The notes: generated by a model not told the origin, from the sequence alone. A stretch of DNA of 64,000 nucleotides from Salisapilia sapeloensis CBS 127946 (GCA_023334545.1 JAADVB010000064.1:16411-80410), one strand, 5' to 3'. Counted from the first letter of the stretch, positions 1 through 11,993 are shown. Numbers and translations: made by a program.

Positions 1-3
1 CTA

Positions 4-456
4 TCACGGCTGCTCGTCGTCCGAGATGAAAGACTTGACGCTCTCGTCTTGGTTATCGTCTTCAACGTCGCTGTCTATTGCCTCTCCACTAACTTTAATC
101 GCACCATCCGTATCGACCTCGACATTCGCAATAAACATTTCAATTGCCCTCCTTTCCGTCCGATTCCGCTGATCCAGTCTCCGTTGATTCGCATTCGCAA
201 TATCCCGATGGTACTCGCAGTAGGTGTGCAATCCGCCTGTCTTCTTCTTTGCGCGCAGATTCAGACAAACCTTGTTCGCGTACCGGCAAGTTGCCTGCTC
301 TGGCTTGCACGTCAAACCGCGCACTGCTGGCGTCCGTTTCCGGTCACTGGCCATTTTCCGCAGTTTCTTTGGCGGCTCGATGGTTGACTTGGAGACGAGC
401 TCATAATCTGGACGCTCCTCAAGTGCACTTCGGTGTTTGTGCAGTGTCATCAACAT
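4..456 (-). CDS. Uncharacterised oomycete-type protein with C-x6-C-x15-C-x2-H motif followed by a basic ANxNQRR helix (putative Zn-binding/DNA-binding)
   Basis: ORF 4..540 begins at a non-ATG codon; first in-frame ATG is at 456 (MLMTLHK...). Contains CRYANKVCLNLRAKKKTGGLHTYCEYHRDIANANQRR, an acidic C-terminus and TGA at 4-6. The same motif recurs in the gene at 4520..5173. Confidence 0.75.
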   Translation of the reverse strand: MLMTLHKHRSALEERPDYELVSKSTIEPPKKLRKMASDRKRTPAVRGLTCKPEQATCRYANKVCLNLRAKKKTGGLHTYCEYHRDIANANQRRLDQRNRTERRAIEMFIANVEVDTDGAIKVSGEAIDSDVEDDNQDESVKSFISDDEQP

Positions 457-2773
457 GGCAGTTGTCAAGATCGGCGGATAAACCCAATGTGTTGCACGGA
501 TAGATAGGAGGTTTGTGGAGCGAATGTATCCAACCTTCACTCCTTAATCGGGAGACGGCCAATTTAGAAATGAGCTTGGCGTGAAAGAGAAGAAGTTGAC
601 TGGCAACTTTCCAACTTACATATTGCTGTATATTGCGCTTTGTGCATATTTACACTCCCGCCCAGTGCAGTTATAAACAGGATTTGATCCAAGTCGGTAA
701 AAATGCACAATTTGCACTCGATAGACCATTAGGGTGTGCAGTATTAAAATACAACATAAGCAGCTTCGTATTTAATGCGTTTGTGCATATAAGTGGATGT
801 GGAGATCATTCCATTGATATGTAAATTATCATAGATGCTCAGGGTTTGAAGTGCAGAGACCGAACCATGTTCGGCTAGACGAAATATTGACCTTGGGACG
901 TTAAAAATCTACGCGTGCATCCTGCTTCACTAGCACTAGATTGCATATTCCTATAGGTACATGCACGCACAAGACTATTCCCTTTATTTGCCCACATTTA
1001 CACGCCCACTCGTCGGCTAGTGATTGGAAAGATACATGTAACGACAGCCTGCCTGTCACCCACACAAACTAGGTCACATGGCACTGCTTGCGAGCCACAA
1101 GCGGGATTTTTGCTGGAGCAGATGCAAACAGCGCTTGGAGCCCATTGCTTGGCACTCGTTCGAGTACTCGCGCCTCAACAGATGAGGAAGAGTTTGCACG
1201 TAAAAAGGACTACATATCATTTACACGTAATAGATTCACTGGCGTGCCTCGCGAGCCACGAATGTGATTTTTATGATCGAATATCCGGATAGAATGTAGG
1301 ATCTTCTGCTTGCCGTTAGACTCAAATAGTCACTTAAGAAAGTGGCACGACCCAAGCACAATCGTGACATGATTGCGGCCCAACCGGAAATGAGACCTTG
1401 ACAAGACATGCATCCTTCCTTGCAAATCGTGCTTCCTGTTGCAAGTGAGACAGTGCACCGGAAATCCAGCGGCACTGCCGCCATAGAAAGCACGAACTAC
1501 CATCGCTGCGTACATTCTCCATTGCTGCGATGCCTGCAACTGCGTACTGGGTTTTTTGGACTATTTTTCTTCCATTCAATTTTTTTCGTGGTACCTCGGA
1601 TTGTACCCATGAATGAGTATCCGCAAAGCGCTCGTCGCGGTAGAAAGTCTTAAAAAATCCTATTCTACAATACGGGTACGGATACCTCCTTTTGGTTTGG
1701 ATCAACTTTAAGTTACTATTGCAAGGTCTACATCCTTTTGCCTAAATGTAATCGACCAAAGTAGGAAGACCGGAGCATGTGTGCATGCGTCAAGTATAGA
1801 GATGGTTTCGTTTGGCCCGTGTGCAAGCAGCGTCAAAGCACCATGCATCTGCTCTGAAAACGAATCAAACAGAATGCTGTGTATCAGATAAGCATCCTGC
1901 AGTCTATTCCATTGACATATAGAAGATAAATGCCAATTAACCTAAAGGTGCACACTGTACTACGGTGATGAACGACCGTGAATTCATGTTGGCGTGATCC
2001 AACTATGCGGTGGTGTTGTAATCGCCACAAATGCGCTGTCGTACTGTGAGGCGAAGACAAGCGACAAAATGGTCATTGTCTTCAGGAATAAACACCGCGG
2101 GATGTCGTTCCACGCATCAAGCGTAAAATTTTGCTGACATTGAGCTGACTGTAACTGTGTGCGACGCGGTCAGCTGGCAGAAAGCTAGTCTTTAGTTGTG
2201 CATAGAGCAGTGCCTTGGAAGATAGCAAGAAGCATTGATGCGATAGCTTGCTCCACCCTTCTGTCATAGCTCTTTGCATTTGCAATAAGGCAATAGACTA
2301 AGTATGATACTGGTAACTCTTCTTTATTCAAGCGAACCTTCCCTTTCTCCACCTCCACCAGCCTCGATTACCGTCGTATCTGTGCTCTATGGTTTGCACA
2401 ATGTACACCAACACCGATGCTATCAGGCGAAGGAAAGGCTCGTTGGAAAGCTCGTGTACGAAGCTAGTTTAAAAGCTCATCATTACGAGCAAGTCTATCG
2501 TGCCCTGAAACAATCGACAACGGTTTGTATTTCAATTGTACCTTTGTCAACCGAATAATGGATCAAATGGAGGTCTTGCGGTACCTGCATGAATTGCAAA
2601 ACCTGACGTGGTACATTACCAGTAATTCACCTTGGTGACCTTGATTGCCATCTAGACTGGAAACACACATTCCCAATGGTGCAAGGTTTAGTACATCTAG
2701 TTAGCGAGAACAAAACGGGAGCACCATGAAGGAAGCAGTTCAAATCTGCTAAAATAAATGAATTACTTGTGCC

Positions 2774-4360
2774 TTAATTAGGGGCTACGCAACTCGGTTT
2801 CGCAGCGACGCCAGTGTCATCCACACCCAACATGCGGTCTGAGTCGGGATTGACCACCACAACGACCGTAGCCTTTGCTTCCGGTGCAACAGTCGCTGGT
2901 GCTACTTGAATGACTGCATTGTTGTTGGCCTGGATATTTTCGTCCGGAGGGAGCAGTCTCCTAAATTCGCGACAACGGAATGTATATCCGAGGAGGATGG
3001 CAGTTACCACTCCTGCGAACCCATGGACAGCCGTGCAGTAGAGCATTTCTTCTGACAGTAGCCCACTCATGGCATTCTCGTCATGAAAGATCTGTCTTGC
3101 CGTGGTCGCAATGGACGAAACAATGAAGTACATGGCCATTGTCAACCGTAGTCTCTGGAAAAGCTGATGCTTAACGTACGCTGGTGTCAACGATACTTCT
3201 CGCGTCACTTGCTGCAGCCAACTCACTTGTTCCGCCAAGAGTCGCACGTGGAGACTTGCCTGGAACCAGAACAAGCACACGATCGCCAAGTACGAGAGAA
3301 ACAACGCCATGTTCACGATGGTGTACAGGAGACCCAGGTATTCGACGAGTGTGGCGGATAGAGCATAGCCGGCCACGAGCAGTCTCAGTCGAAAGGTCTC
3401 TCTCGGCGGAAGATAGAGTCGAGTAATTTGCCATCCTTTTGCTAAGAGCAGCACCAGCTCTGCTGCACTCATGTAGGTGGTAAACGATAGACCCGTCACT
3501 ACGGACGGAATGAGCCAAACGACGACTATGGCGGACCCTTTCGGGTTTTCGTGCACGACCAAGACGGAGGCTCCATCAAACAGATTGTACACTCCGACGA
3601 GGAAAGCTACCGCGCATAGTCTCTTTTGCAGTATAACGGGCATGCGCGAGCTCTGACTTGCCTTTGCAATGACGTGTAAATGATACACGGTGGCAATAGC
3701 AATCCACAGTCCACCGACGACGAATCGAATGTAGCTCAAGTAGTACTTAAGCCTCTCCTGGTCAGCGCTCGAGATCGTTTCCATCGAACTGCTGGACTCT
3801 TCTGGTTGCAAGCAGACAAGTGTGTGCTCATCAAACATGCAAAGCTGTGCCCGGATACTGATGGACGTGTTTGTGTGTACACAAGCGGCCTGGTCAGAAT
3901 ATTCGCTCGAGCATATCGTGTCTTCGCGGACATTGCAGGCATCGACTAGAACGACGAGTTTCTGGAAGTGCTGTACGTCAATGTACGTATCCACCTCCAC
4001 AAGCACCGTTTCAGACGAGTAGGAAAGAGGTTGAAATTGATAGTACACACAGCTCTTGTGCTCATCAGTCATGTATCTGCACTGCGTCTCCTCCGTGACA
4101 CTTGTGGAAAGCATATTGGCCATCTCTTCGCCACATACAGCTAAGCGGAGCTCTTGATGGACGAGGAGTTGAGAGCGAAGCCGAACGTCGAGCTTGATGA
4201 AGCCACTAGGCAGGTCGACTTGACTTGGAATTTGATAGTGGAGAACTTGGACGACACCATGGACTTTACGATTCACTTCTGTCGTATAGTCATATTCAGC
4301 GACTACCATGGCAGCGAAAATGACAGCATACCACAACAGCAGTCTTTCGAGGTACCTCAT
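2774..4360 (-). CDS. Signal peptide + Cys-containing ectodomain + 7TM protein, GPR180/TMEM145 (intimal thickness-related receptor)-like
   Basis: 528-aa single ORF with an N-terminal hydrophobic signal, about 7 hydrophobic segments, and LVLLLAKGWQITR, a motif characteristic of GPR180/TMEM145-type proteins. Confidence 0.75.
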   Translation of the reverse strand: MRYLERLLLWYAVIFAAMVVAEYDYTTEVNRKVHGVVQVLHYQIPSQVDLPSGFIKLDVRLRSQLLVHQELRLAVCGEEMANMLSTSVTEETQCRYMTDEHKSCVYYQFQPLSYSSETVLVEVDTYIDVQHFQKLVVLVDACNVREDTICSSEYSDQAACVHTNTSISIRAQLCMFDEHTLVCLQPEESSSSMETISSADQERLKYYLSYIRFVVGGLWIAIATVYHLHVIAKASQSSRMPVILQKRLCAVAFLVGVYNLFDGASVLVVHENPKGSAIVVVWLIPSVVTGLSFTTYMSAAELVLLLAKGWQITRLYLPPRETFRLRLLVAGYALSATLVEYLGLLYTIVNMALFLSYLAIVCLFWFQASLHVRLLAEQVSWLQQVTREVSLTPAYVKHQLFQRLRLTMAMYFIVSSIATTARQIFHDENAMSGLLSEEMLYCTAVHGFAGVVTAILLGYTFRCREFRRLLPPDENIQANNNAVIQVAPATVAPEAKATVVVVVNPDSDRMLGVDDTGVAAKPSCVAPN

Positions 4361-4519
4361 TGTATCGACGTAACGAGAATAATGAGCTCCAAGTTACTCA
4401 TCCTCTCTCATCCTCTTCAACTAAGGAAACTAAAAATACGTCGCATAAGACTCAATGGCTTGTATAAAATAACACATTATTTACTTGCATTTCTCTCGAC
4501 TACTATAAACGTTCGACCT

Positions 4520-5173
4520 CTACTCTAGAGGAAACGCACTGTTGATAAACGTAGAATAGGTGGCAGCGCCAGAAGCGGTCATCTGAGACGGCGACACCAA
4601 GCCGCCATTGTGCGGCCTCACGTTGCTCACATGAGCACGAGGAACTTGCGTTTGTCGGACCATAGCCTTCTGGTACCGCTTCTTTGTCTCCAAGCGACGC
4701 TGGTTGTGGTTTGCTCGAGCGCGATGACGTTCACACAGGTTGTGTAATTCGCCATTTCGCTTCGTCGCGCGCATGTTCAAGCAACGTTTGTTTCGGTACC
4801 GGCAGAGCAGGTGCTTCTCCACATTGGCAGGAGCTTCTTGGTCCTTCTCTCGTCTGCTGACGGCGACCTTTTCTTCACGAGGCGAAACTGAAGCAGGTGC
4901 AGGCGGGTTTTGGACGCCGGTCATAGCTTTTGGCGGAGACTCTGGTGCGGCGCTGGTCAGGACATGAATCGGTGGCAGCTTAGACGATGACATGGACGGC
5001 AAAATTGGAATGCCGTTTGTCTGACTAGTTTGCTGCTGATGCAGCATGTTGGGCATCGGTAACAGTGGCACTGGGTACTGCGACGATGACTTCATGTACG
5101 CAGCGTCGGCGTCGCACGTCGTGGACTGGGCTTGCGGGAACGTCATGCGGATCGGGCGGTCTTCAAGTCCCAT
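4520..5173 (-). CDS. Second C-x6-C-x15-C-x2-H / ANxNQRR motif protein with Pro/Ser/Gln-rich N-terminus (putative transcription factor)
   Basis: 217-aa ORF; CRYRNKRCLNMRATKRNGELHNLCERHRARANHNQRR has identical Cys/His spacing to the gene at 4..456. Confidence 0.8.
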   Translation of the reverse strand: MGLEDRPIRMTFPQAQSTTCDADAAYMKSSSQYPVPLLPMPNMLHQQQTSQTNGIPILPSMSSSKLPPIHVLTSAAPESPPKAMTGVQNPPAPASVSPREEKVAVSRREKDQEAPANVEKHLLCRYRNKRCLNMRATKRNGELHNLCERHRARANHNQRRLETKKRYQKAMVRQTQVPRAHVSNVRPHNGGLVSPSQMTASGAATYSTFINSAFPLE

Positions 5174-7273
5174 ACTGGTTTAACTTGGCACAGGTATTGC
5201 GGGTGAGTGTGGGCGGGCGAATTGGAAAGTGACGTATATGTTTATTGGTGTACGTTTCCTTTGAACATTCCAAGGGCATAGTGAATGCGAGTCAATGAGA
5301 GTGAGGTATATTCAAATCAAGTCAGATGTGTGAAAGAACGGTGCAGAACTTGGGACAGCAGCGTCTGATATCTTGGCCCGTTCATTTAAGTACGTCAACT
5401 GGTGAAGGGCATGGAATCGTACGTTCGCGCATAAAAATTAGAAGTGACGGTTGAAGAATACCCAACTGGAGCCAATCCCATTCGCGATGATCTGTTTAAT
5501 GAACAGTATCGAATGAGATATCGGGATATGTAATTTATGACTTGCCTTCATTTATATTCTCCAAATTTTTAGACTTATAGATATTTCCAAGATATTCCTC
5601 CCCCTTTTTCTACTACGCAAGCAAGCTATTTATGAGATGGACTTGCACGAGACTGGGCGGTCCTCTATCATCGAAAGCAATCTGAGATCCGCGATGAACC
5701 AGCTGGAACGGATTGAAAATTTGGACAGCATTACTTCTAATTGTGCGATTGCTATACACACGGTAGCTTTTGTTTAAAGGTCCACTAGTCGCTGATATGA
5801 GTCTGATCTAGACTGCATCTCAGTATTTTCCCAAATTAACTCTTATTTGCTCTACTTTCTATTCAATAATTGCACAATATACACTGTTCAGCATAGTTTG
5901 CTACAATAAACAACCCGGTCTTTTACGTTAATTTCCCTCTCAAAACACTGGTTTGCGCTCACGTTACGCCTCAATTGTTGCTCCCAGACCTATGTACAAC
6001 AAAGCAGGATAGCTTAGGGAACAATAACGCCGGAAATTAAACAGAAACGTTTAGAGCTAAAGCTATGGGCTTTGTTTGTAGATTAAAGCGCCAATGGTTG
6101 TAGTGCTTTTTCGGAATGCAGCACGGAAACGATCCATTTCTAATTGAAAAGAATATGGTAAAAAATGGATGTGATACACAGCGTTCTACCGTCGAATTTG
6201 AGGCGATGTGGAGACAACAACGTTACGCATTGTATGCTGATAGTCGTCATTGACGCTTCGATTTTGCACGTACTATGTTGTGATGAAGAATATGATCTGT
6301 TTATTGTGCTAGTATTTCAAAATGTACATGAACTACTGCAATTCTATAGAGAAGCAATGGTGAGTATACAGACTCCCACGTGCGCAGACAATGAAGCACG
6401 TAGTTTTGAATGCCTTATTTGGATACAATTTCCTATTGAGCTAAAGCGAGTGAGATCTATGTCATCGATCTTGACATGGGAGTAAAATGTTAAGTAAAAT
6501 AGAAATGAGGCGGAGACAGAAGGCTCAGCAGGCCTGGTCAAGTGAAGTTGAAGTATAATGGATCCTAAAGATATCGCAACCTTTTAGGATATTGACGACC
6601 GTTTAGGATCCCGCGTCGTGCACAAAGCGCAACGCTGAAGGGCTATACGTGACACGGATGGCGATCACTAATATATGTCTGTCGCTTGAGCACATGTATC
6701 TTTGACAAAACACGATTCGTCATCAGTGCAATGGGATGCTTGTCAAACAGAAAAAAGATACATGTGAAGACAGGTCCAGCTATCCGATCGATCTTCCAAT
6801 TCAACGTAAGCGTTGTCGAGCTGAACGACTAGCTTGCAGCGATTGCCGAAGCCATAGAAAGGATCTTTCGCTTTGAAGAAGTCTTAAAGATGCGAAAGCG
6901 ATAGTAGCCAACAGTCTTGAAGCTGATACTGTACGAATATAATGAATGCAGTTCAGTCTTTTAATGGGCTGTTCCTACCTAGACACTGCCACAGCAATAC
7001 CGATAAAGAGATCGATGACAATAGCAAGGAATATCATTTGTAAGCAATACGCTGCAAGTATCTATTCCATATCCCCTCGTCTTCAACCCACGACAATTTG
7101 GGCAATTCGCCAAGGATCCTTGTCGGATGGATTTGCATCAGGCCAAGCGGTTTCCTACCAGCAACAGAAGCCTGACATGCGAGATAACTCAGCTGCACTA
7201 AATTGAAGCGAAGCTAAACAGCGTTACATTGATTGAACGGTGGCTACATCTGTCGACACCTTTCAGAGGAAAT

Positions 7274-9267
7274 CTACGCCTCCATGCTCTTCAGCGTCGG
7301 CGAGACACTGAACGTAGCTTCCGTCCGCGCTTGGATGTCCTCGACACTCACATGATCGGCCTTTTCCTCCAGCACCAGTCCGCCGCTACCGACGGAGAAG
7401 ACGCCAAGTTCCGTGATGATCTGATCCACGACGCCTGTGCCTGTCAACGGCAACGTGCACTCGTTCAAAATTTTGCTCGCACCGCCCTTGGCGTTGTGCT
7501 CCATGGTAACCACAACCTTATTTCCGCTTCCGACGAGATCCATGGCGCCGCCCATGCCCTTGACCATCTTGCCGGGGATGATCCAGTTGGCCAAATCGCC
7601 ATTTCCAGCCACCTGGAGCGCGCCTGGAGAAAGTCATAAGTGCAACGTCAGCTTCAGATCAAAAGATGCCTCGTACCGAGAATCGTCAGATGCACGTGGC
7701 CACCGCGGATCATGCCGAAGCTGTCGGAAGAGGAGAACGTGGATGATCCAGGCAAGAACGTCACCGTCTCCTTGCCAGCATTGATCAGATCCGGGTCCTG
7801 CTCTCCCTCCTTCGGGTACGGACCCATGCCCAGGAGCCCATTCTCAGATTGAAGCACCACTTCCACGCCTTGCGGAATGTAGTTGGATGCAAGTGTCGGC
7901 AGGCCAATGCCCAAATTGACGTACATACCGTGCTTGAGCTCCTTTGCAGCACGCTTGATGATGCGCTCTCGATCGGCAGACATTTTATGCGCCGACGTCT
8001 ACGTCTGTGTCAGCTCAGCTTTTAGCACCGTACATGAATCGTCTACCTTGCTCTCCGACAGCGTTAGTTTTTCAATACGCTTTTCGTATCCAGACGCCTG
8101 GAAGATGCGTTGGACGTATATGCTGGGTAAATGGACTTCATCTACAGAACCAATTACTTTTCCATGATACCTCCAGCAGATACGGAGCAAGCCGTACCTG
8201 GATGGATCTCTCCCGGCTCGACCAGTTCCTCCACTTCGGCGATCGTGATCTTCCCTGCTTTGGCTGCATCCAGATTAAAGTTCTTCGCGGTGCCTTTGAA
8301 GACGAGGTTGCCAGCAGTGTCTCCCTTCCACGCTTTCACGATGGCATAGTCTCCCGTAATAGCTTCCTCCATCACGTAGTGCCGTCCATTGAACTCTCTC
8401 GTTTCACGAGGAGCGCTCGGGATGGCTGCCGAGCCATCTGCGTTAAGTTTAATGGGAAACCCTCCAGTCTATTACACTATTCAATCGTCTACAGTCACCA
8501 CGAGAAAACAACTAGAGCATACTTGGATGACAGTGCCATAGGCCGTCGGCGTGAAGAAAGCAGGGATACCAGAGCCACCAGCTCGAATCCGCTCCGCCAG
8601 CGTTCCCTACCAGAACATTAGAATTGTAAATGACAAAAGAATGATAGCACGTACTTGCGGCGTGAGCTCCACTTCGAGCTGACCGGTCAGATAAAGTTTT
8701 TCAAACAAGGCATTCTCACCAACGTATGAAGAAATCATTCGTTTGATCTACTCATAGCATGAGACTTGGTGGTAGAACGGCAGAAACGTCGTAGTTACCT
8801 GGTTCTTCTGAAGCAATAGACCGAGACCAAAGTCGTCAACACCAGCGTTATTGGAGACGCACACGAGGTCTTTAGCTCCCTACATCTAGATAAATAAACA
8901 TGCATTGCATCGTACTCTACAATCTCGTTTACCTGCTTGGTCAATGCCTTGATGCTGTTCTCTGGGATGCCGCAAAGTCCGAATCCACCGAGGACACTGC
9001 GTGCATTCGAATAAGACAAAGCACAAGTGTACATGCAAGATTCATCTACATTTCAGCTCCGTCCGGAATGTCTCGAACGGCTTCGTCGGCATTTTGGACC
9101 ACCTTGCTGCTCTCGAATCGCGTTCCTCCTATGGCGCGCTGGACACAAATTAGTACTTGTCCATGCGTGAGCAATATCAATAAAGCCATGGAGAGGGGAG
9201 GCAACGAGGGACCTACCAGAGGCACATTGAGTGAGGGGCGAAGGCGTTTGGAAGCGAGGCGGAGCAT
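7274..9267 (-). CDS. OXCT1: Succinyl-CoA:3-ketoacid CoA transferase (mitochondrial SCOT), 10 exons, 499 aa
   Basis: Exons 9267-9217, 9138-9050, 8996-8933, 8879-8799, 8747-8655, 8606-8523, 8468-8198, 8141-8047, 7998-7677, 7623-7274 sum to 1500 nt with GT-AG introns. Motifs [27 protein letters not shown], catalytic LQSENG and GMGGAMDLV; Arg/Leu/Ser-rich presequence. Confidence 0.97.
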
Positions 9268-9808
9268 GGTCGTTCTCGTCGAGTGCAAAATGAGGTTGTG
9301 CGTGGCCAGATCAAGTTCAAGTTGCTGAGTGTCTGAGAACCCAAAAGTCTTTGTCTTCAACCTGGGCTTTGTATGAAGGTGGGATTAACTTTTGTGTGAT
9401 GAGACGACACTCTTCCCTCCATGCTCGTACAGAGAATGCTCCTTCAGAGATACTTTCCTACGGAACGGTCCATGTTCTTATTCCATGGCAAGTACCTTTG
9501 TCCTCCTGTCTTTCCTCATTGAAAATCTCAGATAGATCTTTTTGCGTATCTGACCCCATCTTCAACCGCATATCCTCCACAGCTGTTCATGACATCGTCG
9601 TCTCTACTTCGTCCGCCTCACGCCAGTCCATGCACCGCACACACTCATTCGCCTCCATCACGAAAGATCTCGTAGCTCCTCTCCTGTCATATCATGCACT
9701 CTATGCCTCCTCTGCAAAACTCATGCGTCCGTCCAAGATACGCAATACCAAGTCGAAATATCCAATCTCGATCGGAGCTCGTCGCCTCACAATCTTTTTT
9801 CCACCGTC

Positions 9809-11506
9809 ATGGGCATGTTCGTCGACCCAGCAACGCTCCCAGAAGGCGGAGACGGACTGCTTCAAGTCTGTTTCCTAGGAGCCGTCTATGGCTTCGTCCT
9901 GTACTACGCCAGCAACATGATTTCCGACGGCAGTGAGCTCCTTCTCCTCGTGCCGTCCCTCGCCGGCCTCGTCGGTAGCGTCGTCCTCCCCGTCCTCGGC
10001 GCCGTGCCGGACGGTGCCATCGTGCTCTTCTCGGGCATGGGTCCCGATGCCCAAGAGCAGATCTCGGTCGGTGTCGGCGCTCTTGCCGGCTCCACCATCA
10101 TGCTCATCACGATCCCGTGGTGCGTCGCCATCTACGCCGGGCGCGTGAATCTGAACGACAAGGGCAATGGGAATTACAATCGCCCGAAGCAGGCGGCGGA
10201 GAACTGGACCAAGCTTCAACCTCCAGGCAACAAGAGTCTTAAGCGAACGGGTGTCGTCTTCTTTGACGAAATCAGTACGAACGCCAAAATGGCCATGGCC
10301 ACGGGTCTCATCTACCTCATCCTCCAGCTTCCTGCCTTCAAGTACACCGGCACAAAGGCTCGGGACGCTGAGGAAGACCCGGACAAGGTCGCAGCGCAGG
10401 AGAAACCCTTTGCTCTTGCGGCGTTTATCGTCGCCATCATCTCGTTCCTAGCCTACTTGTACTACAACGTCCACAAGTCCTCCCAGGTCTCGTCAGACAA
10501 GGTGGACGAGGTGCGTGTGCAGGCCATTCGCAACGGAAAGATCAGTCTCTCGGGCGTCCTGAGCAAAGAGCTCTCCAAGATGAAGGAGCGGTCCGAGGAC
10601 GAGACCACTGCCTTGACTGCCAGGGCGCATCTGGAGCAGGTCAAGCACATCGTCCGCCCCTTCTTCTTCGTCTACGATGAAGACCACAACGGCAAGATCG
10701 ACTCGAATGAGCTCCAGAGCCTATTTAAGGACTTGGGCGAGAGCCTAAAGGACGACGAGGCCAAGCAGTGGCTCAAGTCGGCAGACGTCGACAACAGTGG
10801 GTACCTGGAGCTAGACGAGCTCGTCCAAGTCACTCTCCGCTATCTCCTCGCCAAGTACGAGAAGGAGCTCAGTGGCAAGAGTAGCGACAACGTTCGCATG
10901 GGCTCCATCCATCGAGAACCGGTGAACGAAAGCTCTTTCGTGAGCGTCAACGAAGAGGAAGACGAGGAAGAGGAGGACGTGCCGGAGGATCTGGCTAACC
11001 TCTCGGTCGCAGAGCAGCAGAAACGTATCAAGCTGCGCGCTGCCTGGATGACGCTCGTCGGCACGGCACTCGTGCTCGTCTTCTCGGACCCGATGGTCGA
11101 TATCCTGTCCGAGGTAGGCAAGCGCACTGGCGTTCCGTCCTTCTACATCTCGTTCATCTTCGCCCCGCTGGCCTCCAACGCCAGTGAGATCATTGCGTCG
11201 TACAACTACGCGCTCAAGAAGACGAGCAAGACGATCTCGATCTCGGTCTCGGCGCTCCTTGGCGCCGTCATCATGAACAATACGCTCAACGTCGGCATCT
11301 TTGCTGGGCTCATGTACTTCAAGAGCTCGGCGCTCGTGTGGGAGTTCACGGCAGAGGTCGCTGCGATTCTGTTTGCCGAAGTCGCAGTTGGGCTCATGGC
11401 CCTGCGGAAGACCCAGCGACTCGTGGACGCGCTCGTGGTGCTCTCGGTCTATCCTGCCTCTCTTGTCATTGTCTACGTGCTGGAGAACGTTTTTGGACTG
11501 GATTAA
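9809..11506 (+). CDS. EF-hand-containing Na+/Ca2+ exchanger-like protein (CaCA family, NCL/EF-CAX type)
   Basis: 565-aa ORF with two hydrophobic halves carrying alpha repeats (GAVPDGAIVLFSG; PLASNASE), a central loop with two canonical EF-hands (DEDHNGKIDSNEL, DVDNSGYLELDEL) and an acidic stretch. Confidence 0.9.
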   Translation: MGMFVDPATLPEGGDGLLQVCFLGAVYGFVLYYASNMISDGSELLLLVPSLAGLVGSVVLPVLGAVPDGAIVLFSGMGPDAQEQISVGVGALAGSTIMLITIPWCVAIYAGRVNLNDKGNGNYNRPKQAAENWTKLQPPGNKSLKRTGVVFFDEISTNAKMAMATGLIYLILQLPAFKYTGTKARDAEEDPDKVAAQEKPFALAAFIVAIISFLAYLYYNVHKSSQVSSDKVDEVRVQAIRNGKISLSGVLSKELSKMKERSEDETTALTARAHLEQVKHIVRPFFFVYDEDHNGKIDSNELQSLFKDLGESLKDDEAKQWLKSADVDNSGYLELDELVQVTLRYLLAKYEKELSGKSSDNVRMGSIHREPVNESSFVSVNEEEDEEEEDVPEDLANLSVAEQQKRIKLRAAWMTLVGTALVLVFSDPMVDILSEVGKRTGVPSFYISFIFAPLASNASEIIASYNYALKKTSKTISISVSALLGAVIMNNTLNVGIFAGLMYFKSSALVWEFTAEVAAILFAEVAVGLMALRKTQRLVDALVVLSVYPASLVIVYVLENVFGLD

Positions 11507-11949
11507 GACACTGCTTTGTCATTTTTCGTTAACCTGAATGAACACCTGGACTATCATCTTTTGCTTCTTCTGTCTTTATCAACTCTGCGCTTGTACGAGT
11601 AGATGATCGCATGGGTGGTACTTGTAGGACGACAGAAGCTTTAAAGGACGTTATGTACAGGAGCTATTGAGATCGTTGTACCGGTTTCCGTTAACTTTGC
11701 CAGAGATCCATGCGTCCGATAGGATAATCAAAGCTGTTGAAAGGTTGCGCAGTGATACTGCTTTACTCAACAAGAAAATTGGCAGCATACTCACCAAGAC
11801 GATTGAGCGTGAGGTCCACTGGTGCCTCTCTCGGATGCAGAGCATAATATAAAAGTATGGTAACTCAGAAGGTTCCCAAGTCCCTTGTCCTATCCTTGAC
11901 CCCATAACTGGGTGCTTTCGTCGAAACCACTGCATTCCACGAGCACCAC

Positions 11950-11993
11950 GACACTTGAGCACCAATCTAAAGACACTTGAGCACCAATCTAAA
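11950..11993. repeat. Perfect 22-bp tandem duplication (GACACTTGAGCACCAATCTAAA x2)
   Basis: Read directly: 11950-11971 is identical to 11972-11993; lies between the convergent NCL and APRT genes. Confidence 0.95.

Noticed and set aside
640-788. Three copies of TTGTGCAT (640, 703 reverse, 781) upstream of the first gene
   Set aside because: 8-mer clustering at this level is not clearly above chance; no second locus supports it.
6560-6611. 10-bp inverted repeat GGATCCTAAA/TTTAGGATCC with a third TTTAGGAT between; telomere-like word
   Set aside because: A few 10-bp inverted repeats with short spacers are expected by chance in 64 kb; no TTTAGGG run or target-site duplication.
8007-8621. 204-aa plus-strand ORF antisense to SCOT, crossing introns
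   Set aside because: Non-ATG start, no motifs; the region is fully explained by SCOT exons on the other strand.
9351-9878. 175-aa Ser-rich ORF between SCOT and the NCL exchanger
   Set aside because: Reads through a pyrimidine-rich promoter/5' UTR; non-ATG start and no protein features.
11651-11965. ORF with chromodomain-like TWEP
   Set aside because: Only a four-residue match; the aromatic cage and spacing of a chromodomain are absent.
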